A stretch of DNA of 64,000 nucleotides from Candidatus Pelearchaeum maunauluense (lineage in GTDB: Archaea > Thermoproteota > Nitrososphaeria_A > Caldarchaeales > Caldarchaeaceae), in assembly GCA_030059675.1 (NCBI GenBank), contig JANVYQ010000004.1, positions 32,001-96,000 on the forward strand. Reading direction: 5' to 3'. The notes under the pieces are model-generated. The model was not told the DNA's origin and searched no databases. It was given only the letters and a program-made list of their open reading frames with translations. This document shows, piece after piece, positions 58,712 through 64,000 of the stretch. The position numbers and the translations under genes are program-made. Every line of letters begins with the position of its first letter. Position 1 is the first letter of the stretch.

Positions 58712-59131
58712 ATGTCCGAGACTTTTGAAGTTCCCGACGACTTGCTATACACAAAAGACCATGAATGGGTGCGTATAGAGAAGAAGATTGGTGTCGTCGG
58801 GATAACTGATTATGCGCAGAAGAAGCTTAGGGAGGTAATATATGTGGAGCTCCCTAACGTTAATACGCTGGTAAAGCAGAAGGAGACGTTAGCCACGGTA
58901 GAGTCTGTTAAGGCTACGTCAGACATTTATGCTCCTCTTTCAGGCAGGATTACCGAGGTTAACGTTAAGCTGGTTGATACTCCAGAGCTGATTAATGACT
59001 CGCCATACGAGGAGGGTTGGATAGCCAAGATAGAGATAACCGACCAATCAGAGCTGGATAAGCTGATGGACGCCGACGAATACCGCCGCTATATAGAAGC
59101 CCTAGAGGAGGAAGCTGGAGAAGGAGACTAG
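58712..59131 (+). CDS. gcvH: Glycine cleavage H protein (lipoyl carrier)
   Basis: YTKDHEW, GITDYAQ, VESVKA (lipoyl Lys), INDSPYEEGW. Confidence 0.95.
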   Translation: MSETFEVPDDLLYTKDHEWVRIEKKIGVVGITDYAQKKLREVIYVELPNVNTLVKQKETLATVESVKATSDIYAPLSGRITEVNVKLVDTPELINDSPYEEGWIAKIEITDQSELDKLMDADEYRRYIEALEEEAGEGD

Positions 59132-59188
59132 CGAAGAGGGCATATACTTATCTTATCCCACTACAAGCCTAGAAGGGTAGAACAGACC

Positions 59189-59539
59189 TTGGTATTGGTT
59201 AAGGTTCAACGAGTAAGCAGCTATACAGACCCAGAGACCTCTAGGCCTGGCAAAGTGATTGAGCTGGTGGAAGTTCGTAGCAGGGGAAGCGTTGTAGTAG
59301 GTGGGCAGAGTGAAGAGTCTATGATGATACAGCGGATGTTGCAGACCGCTCTTATGCAGATGCAGTCTCTCGGATTGGTCCCGCCTATAAGGGAGATGTC
59401 GTTTCCCAAACTAATCCTCTACCTAACCGAAGAGGAATACGACTTGCTCAACGTTAAGCTTGAGGTTAACGAGGTATATGAGCTAACGTTTAAGGACGGC
59501 TCAATAAGCTTCAAACGGCCTGAACGGCTAGGCTACTAG
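59189..59539 (+). CDS. Arcadin-1-like protein
   Basis: Y.DP..., IELVE, and PKLILYLTEEE...V..VYEL.FKDG.I resemble Pyrobaculum arcadin-1 (PRITLWLTEEE). Confidence 0.72.
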   Translation: MVLVKVQRVSSYTDPETSRPGKVIELVEVRSRGSVVVGGQSEESMMIQRMLQTALMQMQSLGLVPPIREMSFPKLILYLTEEEYDLLNVKLEVNEVYELTFKDGSISFKRPERLGY

Positions 59540-59554
59540 TGGTTTAGGGGGTAT

Positions 59555-60178
59555 TCAGCTGTTGGAGAGGCAGCGTAGAGCGTAGGCTATCCTCTGGACT
59601 ACTGTTATGAACGCCAGTATCGAGACCGCTACCACGGACAGCGCCAGAGCCTGCTGCCAGATTGGTGTTAATAGGGTTGCTATTATGAAGATTATGATGC
59701 GCACCCACCTCTCACCCAAGCCTACGCCAGCCATGGCCACGCCTAGAGCTTCGCCGCGCGCACGTATGTAGCTCACTAACATGGCCAGTGCCAACATTAC
59801 CAGAACTAGGATGGGCTCAACCAAGCCTGTGAGAGCTATGCCTAGCGCTATGAGTGTGTCGGATACTCTGTCGGTTGTCGAGTCGATTAGCGCGCCTGCC
59901 TTTGTGGCTCTGCCCTGCCTCCTCGCGACGGCGCCGTCAAGCCCATCAAGAAGGCTACCAACAATCAGCGCAACTCCAGCGTAGATGGCGTAGAAAGCTC
60001 CCTGATATTTGATAAGCATGTAGAGATAGGTAGCTAGCGCCGTTAGGAGTAGCCCTCCCAAGGTTAAGATATGCGGACTAACTCCAGAAGAAGCCAAGAA
60101 ATCAGCCATACGGCCGAAGCTCCTCTCAAACAACCTACGTCCAACATCCGTTAGGGAGCCGCTGAACCGAGTAGCCAT
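59555..60178 (-). CDS. CDP-alcohol phosphatidyltransferase (archaetidylinositol-phosphate synthase-like)
   Basis: DGLDGAVARR...GALIDSTTDR, SYIRARGE, GLGER. Confidence 0.92.
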   Translation of the reverse strand: MATRFSGSLTDVGRRLFERSFGRMADFLASSGVSPHILTLGGLLLTALATYLYMLIKYQGAFYAIYAGVALIVGSLLDGLDGAVARRQGRATKAGALIDSTTDRVSDTLIALGIALTGLVEPILVLVMLALAMLVSYIRARGEALGVAMAGVGLGERWVRIIIFIIATLLTPIWQQALALSVVAVSILAFITVVQRIAYALRCLSNS

Positions 60179-60259
60179 AGGCAAGCCGAAGAATGTCAGC
60201 GAATTCATATAAGTATAACGTCATTCATGAAGGCTTGTCGAGGAGAGGGCGAGCTGGGC

Positions 60260-60466
60260 TTGGGTAAGGTTGCGAAAGGTGTTTCATGCAGCGTTCAGGG
60301 ATGTTCTGATAAGGCTGTAGTATCGCTAGCCTCAGCCAACGTAGCGAAATACCTGAGCGTCAGCAAGAGCGAGAAGAAAGCCTATCTTTGCAGGGAGCAT
60401 TACAAGCAGTATAAGAAGATGAGCAAGCATGAGCGAGAGCTGGAGAGAGCTAGGTTCCGCCTATAA
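60260..60466 (+). CDS. Small basic Zn-binding protein (CxxxxC...CxxH)
   Basis: CSVQGC...LCREHY, Lys-rich; directly upstream of thrS. Confidence 0.75.
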   Translation: MGKVAKGVSCSVQGCSDKAVVSLASANVAKYLSVSKSEKKAYLCREHYKQYKKMSKHERELERARFRL

Positions 60467-60519
60467 ATTCCATCCTTGAATAGTGCATGGCTAGCTGAAG
60501 GAGGGGAAGGAGTGAGGCC

Positions 60520-62349
60520 TTGCGGCTGCTGGAGTTTCATGTGGATTTCATAGAGTATGAGCCTGTAAGGAAGGAGATTGAGCTGGCTGAGGAGGCTGAG
60601 AAAAAACCTTACCGCGTTGATGATGCTCTTGTGATGTTCGTCAGCGTTGAGCCTGATGATGACGAGTCTGTGGTTGAAGCGGCGGTTGTGGATGCCTATG
60701 AATATATGAGCCGCCTCAAGGTGCAGCGCCTAGTAATCTACCCCTTCGCCCACCTGAGCAGCACTCTAGCCAGACCAAAACACGCTCTAGAGCTTCTGAG
60801 ATTAATGGAAGATAAGGCACGGGAGAGGGGTATAGAAGTTATCAGAACACCATTCGGCTGGAATAAAGCTCTACGCCTCAGCGTTAAGGGACACCCACTA
60901 GCGGAGCGCTCGCGAAGCTTCACAAAGCAACACCAGGAACAAAAACCAACAACACTAACAAAGACATACTACATACTCGCAACGGATGGAAAGCTCTACA
61001 AACCAGAAGAATACACTTGGAGTGAGGGAGGAGAAGCATTTAGAAATATGGTTGAGAAAGAAGCCCTCGGAAGAGAATCCCCAGCTACGGGACAGCCAGA
61101 ATACATCAAGATACTCAAACGCTTCGGCATAGATTGGGAGGAGATGTCAGACCTGGGACATATGCGCTACGGGCCGGAGGGGACTATAATCTTCGACCTG
61201 CTGGTAGCTTATGCGGAGCAGGTAGCCCGCGAGGTTGGAATTCCCGTCTATAGCATTAAGGGGACTAACATGTTCAGCCTAGAGAGCAAGCCCATACGCG
61301 AGCATGCTGGGCTGTTCGGCCAGCGGATGTATAAGGTTGATGTAGAGGGGCGGAGCTATGTCATGCGCTTCGCGGCATGCTTCCAGCAGTTCGCACTAGC
61401 CAAGGACTGGGTGATAAGCTACCGCCACCTACCCTTCGGCGAGTTTGAGGTAGCAGACAGCTACAGGCTAGAGCAGTCAGGAGAGCTAGTCCTAGGATTC
61501 AGGCTCAGAAGAATGAGCATGCCAGACTTTCACATCTTCTGCAAAGACATAGAAGAAGCCAAGCAGGTATTCAAGAAAGTTCATTCAAAAATATATGAGG
61601 AGATAGAGAAAATCGGCCGCGACTATGTCTCGCTTTATAACCTCACATCGCGGAAATTCTTTGAGGAGAACCGCGATTTCTTCATGGATTTGGTGAAGCG
61701 GGAGCGGAAGCCTGTGCTACTCGCCTTTTATCCTGAGGACAGCAACTACTACTGGGTTCTGAACATAGAGTACCATATCATAGACAAGATGGGCAGGCCA
61801 CGCGAGATAGGGACCGTGCAGATTGACATCGGCAACGCAGAGCGCTTCAACATACGCTATGTTGATAGAGACGGCTCACACCGCTATCCAGTCATACTGC
61901 ATACAGCAATACTCGGAACGATAGAGCGCTGGCTATACACGCTAGTAGATACGGCGCTGCAGCGAGAGCCGCATATGTTGCCTACGTGGATATGCCCTAT
62001 ACAGGCCAGGGTAATCCCCGTTAATGACAGGTATTTTAAGAAGGCGGTGGCATTGGCCGAGAAGCTGGCTAAGAATAACATAAGGGCAGATGTGGATGAT
62101 CGCGACGACACGCTTGACAGGAAGATTCGCGACGCTGAGGTCATGTGGATACCCTATATAATAATCATAGGAAAGAAGGAAGCAAGCTCTGGAAAGCTCT
62201 CGGTAAGAATCAGAAGCACCAGGGAGATTAAGCAGATGACGCTTAACACGCTTATAAAGCGTATAACAGGCGAGACACGCGGCTATCCTTGGAAACCTCT
62301 AACCCTACCCATGCTGGTCTCCCAGAGGCCAGTATACGCCAGCAGGTAG
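60520..62349 (+). CDS. thrS: Threonyl-tRNA synthetase (archaeal type with N-terminal editing domain)
   Basis: IYPFAHLS, PFGWNK, KGHPLAERS, RFAACF, YRLEQSGE, MPDFH, ILHTAILGTIER. Confidence 0.96.
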   Translation: MRLLEFHVDFIEYEPVRKEIELAEEAEKKPYRVDDALVMFVSVEPDDDESVVEAAVVDAYEYMSRLKVQRLVIYPFAHLSSTLARPKHALELLRLMEDKARERGIEVIRTPFGWNKALRLSVKGHPLAERSRSFTKQHQEQKPTTLTKTYYILATDGKLYKPEEYTWSEGGEAFRNMVEKEALGRESPATGQPEYIKILKRFGIDWEEMSDLGHMRYGPEGTIIFDLLVAYAEQVAREVGIPVYSIKGTNMFSLESKPIREHAGLFGQRMYKVDVEGRSYVMRFAACFQQFALAKDWVISYRHLPFGEFEVADSYRLEQSGELVLGFRLRRMSMPDFHIFCKDIEEAKQVFKKVHSKIYEEIEKIGRDYVSLYNLTSRKFFEENRDFFMDLVKRERKPVLLAFYPEDSNYYWVLNIEYHIIDKMGRPREIGTVQIDIGNAERFNIRYVDRDGSHRYPVILHTAILGTIERWLYTLVDTALQREPHMLPTWICPIQARVIPVNDRYFKKAVALAEKLAKNNIRADVDDRDDTLDRKIRDAEVMWIPYIIIIGKKEASSGKLSVRIRSTREIKQMTLNTLIKRITGETRGYPWKPLTLPMLVSQRPVYASR

Positions 62350-62405
62350 TTCAATTATTGTTGTTGCGATAGCTTAAATACGCCAGGCCTGGGTATAGAG
62401 CTAGG

Positions 62406-63644
62406 ATGGAAGGTCAGGCCTCGCTGGACGTGCAGAAGATAAGGGAGGACTTCCCAATCTTCAGCCGCGCTCCACGCGGCAAACCACTAGTTTATCTAGA
62501 CTCAGCCGCAACTAGTCAGAAGCCTAGACAAGTGATAGAAGCAGTAAAACGCTTCTACGAGGAGTACAACTCCAACGTCCATCGCGGGATATACTCCATA
62601 AGCATAGAAGCGACCGAAGCGTATGAAGAGGCTAGGCGCGGAATAGCGCGTTTCATAAACGCGAAGAGTTATCGCGAGATAGTCTTTGTTAGGGGAACCA
62701 CCGAAGCCCTAAACCTAGTGGCATACGCATGGGCTTTGAGGAAGCTAAAGAAAGGTGATAAAATACTCCTAACAGAGATGGAGCATCACAGCAACATCGT
62801 CCCATGGCAGTTGGTAGCGCGTGAGAAGGGTCTGAAGCTTGAGTATATCCCCATACGCGATGATGGGACGCTAGATACATCAAAGCTGGATAGTTATCAC
62901 GACTTTAGGATATTCAGTTTCGTGTATAGCTCAAATGTTTTAGGAACCATCAACGATGTTAAACAGCTTGTAAGCTTCGCACACAGTCATGGTGCTTTAG
63001 CTGTTATAGACGCTGCTCAGGCCGCGCCCCATATGCGAATAGATGTGCAGGAGCTGGACTGTGATTTCCTGGCATTCAGCGGACATAAGATGCTGGGACC
63101 AACTGGGATAGGTGTTCTCTACGCAAAGCGGGAGTTGCTGGAGGAGATGGAGCCCTTCATGGGTGGTGGCGAGATGATACGCGAGGTGTATCTACACGAG
63201 TCGCGCTGGAATGAAGTTCCATGGAAGTTTGAGGCTGGAACTCCCAATATAGCTGGCGCAATAGGCCTTAAAGCCGCGGTTGACTATCTGGAGGGCATAG
63301 GTATGGATAATGTGCGCATGCATGAGATAAGCCTCACACGCTACGCTACCGAGCTGCTTGGGGAGATTCCAGGAATGAGGATATACGGGCCCCTAAGCCC
63401 TGAGAAGCGAAGCGGGCTTCTCGCATTCACCTTGGGAGACATACACGCACATGACTTGGCTACTTTTCTGGACGAGGAGGGAATATGCGTTAGAGCGGGT
63501 CATCACTGCGCCATGCCCATACACGCACGCCTAGGGGTTCCAGCAACCACGCGCGCCAGCTTCTACGTATATAATACCCACGAGGATATTGAGCGCCTGG
63601 CCGAAGCTTTGAAGAAGGCGGCCCAACTATTCAAGATAGTATAA
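62406..63644 (+). CDS. sufS: Cysteine desulfurase SufS
   Basis: YLDSAATSQKP, EHHSN, FSGHKM, EAGTP, RAGHHCA. Confidence 0.96.
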   Translation: MEGQASLDVQKIREDFPIFSRAPRGKPLVYLDSAATSQKPRQVIEAVKRFYEEYNSNVHRGIYSISIEATEAYEEARRGIARFINAKSYREIVFVRGTTEALNLVAYAWALRKLKKGDKILLTEMEHHSNIVPWQLVAREKGLKLEYIPIRDDGTLDTSKLDSYHDFRIFSFVYSSNVLGTINDVKQLVSFAHSHGALAVIDAAQAAPHMRIDVQELDCDFLAFSGHKMLGPTGIGVLYAKRELLEEMEPFMGGGEMIREVYLHESRWNEVPWKFEAGTPNIAGAIGLKAAVDYLEGIGMDNVRMHEISLTRYATELLGEIPGMRIYGPLSPEKRSGLLAFTLGDIHAHDLATFLDEEGICVRAGHHCAMPIHARLGVPATTRASFYVYNTHEDIERLAEALKKAAQLFKIV

Positions 63645-63691
63645 TTTATAAAACAACATAACGTCATCCGCGTGAACGGAGGTAGCGGTTA

Positions 63692-64000
63692 TTGAGGATA
63701 GTTGTGGTTGGAGCAGGAGTAATGGGACATGGAATAGCCGAGATATCTGCTCTTGCTGGATATGAAACAACACTAGTGGATATAAGTGATGATATACTCT
63801 CTAAAGCTCTCCAGAAGATTGAATGGAGTCTTAAGAAATTCGTTGAGAAGAAGCGTATAAGTGAGGAGCAGGCTAAGCAGGCTCTGGGAAGAATAAAAAC
63901 CACCACAGACTTGGCAGCGGCTTCACGGAACGCTGATGTCGTTATAGAGGCTGTGCCAGAAGATATAAACCTCAAGAAGAAGATATTCTCCACAATTGAC
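63692..64000 (+). CDS. 3-hydroxyacyl-CoA dehydrogenase, 3' end outside window
   Basis: TTG after GGAGG; RIVVVGAGVMGHGIAE...DVVIEAVPEDINLKKKIF. Confidence 0.9.
   Translation, partial: MRIVVVGAGVMGHGIAEISALAGYETTLVDISDDILSKALQKIEWSLKKFVEKKRISEEQAKQALGRIKTTTDLAAASRNADVVIEAVPEDINLKKKIFSTID

Noticed and set aside
98-63993. Numerous antisense or nested ORFs in the track (e.g. 1161-1700, 3988-4545, 31192-31725, 35027-35617, 63664-63993)
   Set aside because: They are shadows of well-supported genes on the opposite strand or in another frame, with no motifs of their own.
1-64000. CRISPR array, rRNA, transposase or integrase
   Set aside because: No regularly spaced repeats, rRNA-like stretch or recombinase motifs were seen by eye.

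Overview
Gene-dense archaeal chromosomal window. The markers (crenactin with arcadins, RpoL/Csl4/TFS/Dph2, Nop10, AglB, archaeal ThrRS, intron-containing tRNAs) point to a TACK archaeon, most plausibly Caldarchaeales ('Aigarchaeota'); this is inferred by recognition, with no database search. 1-14 kb is an aromatic-catabolism island: paaK, paaI, a padB half-gene fused in frame to the tail of fdhD, and hpaB/hpaC/hpaD with an aldehyde dehydrogenase, an FAH protein and an ADC-like enzyme. The rest is mostly housekeeping, with six tRNA or tRNA-like genes and several decaying genes beside tRNAs (ClC-CBS, UPF0182, Lrp, roadblock-like, ECF-like, vapB). Most notable observations: an OSTC/DC2-like gene head-to-head with a STT3-like aglB; a tRNA-Cys with a clean BHB intron at 8/9; a tRNA-Gly-like gene with no canonical anticodon loop; metG and two other genes whose conserved N-termini have no ATG/GTG/TTG start; a split crenactin/arcadin system followed by a structured RNA candidate; and an ADC-superfamily enzyme that may replace HpaH/HpaI. 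No CRISPR array, rRNA or intact mobile element was seen. All family assignments come from motifs recognised by eye.
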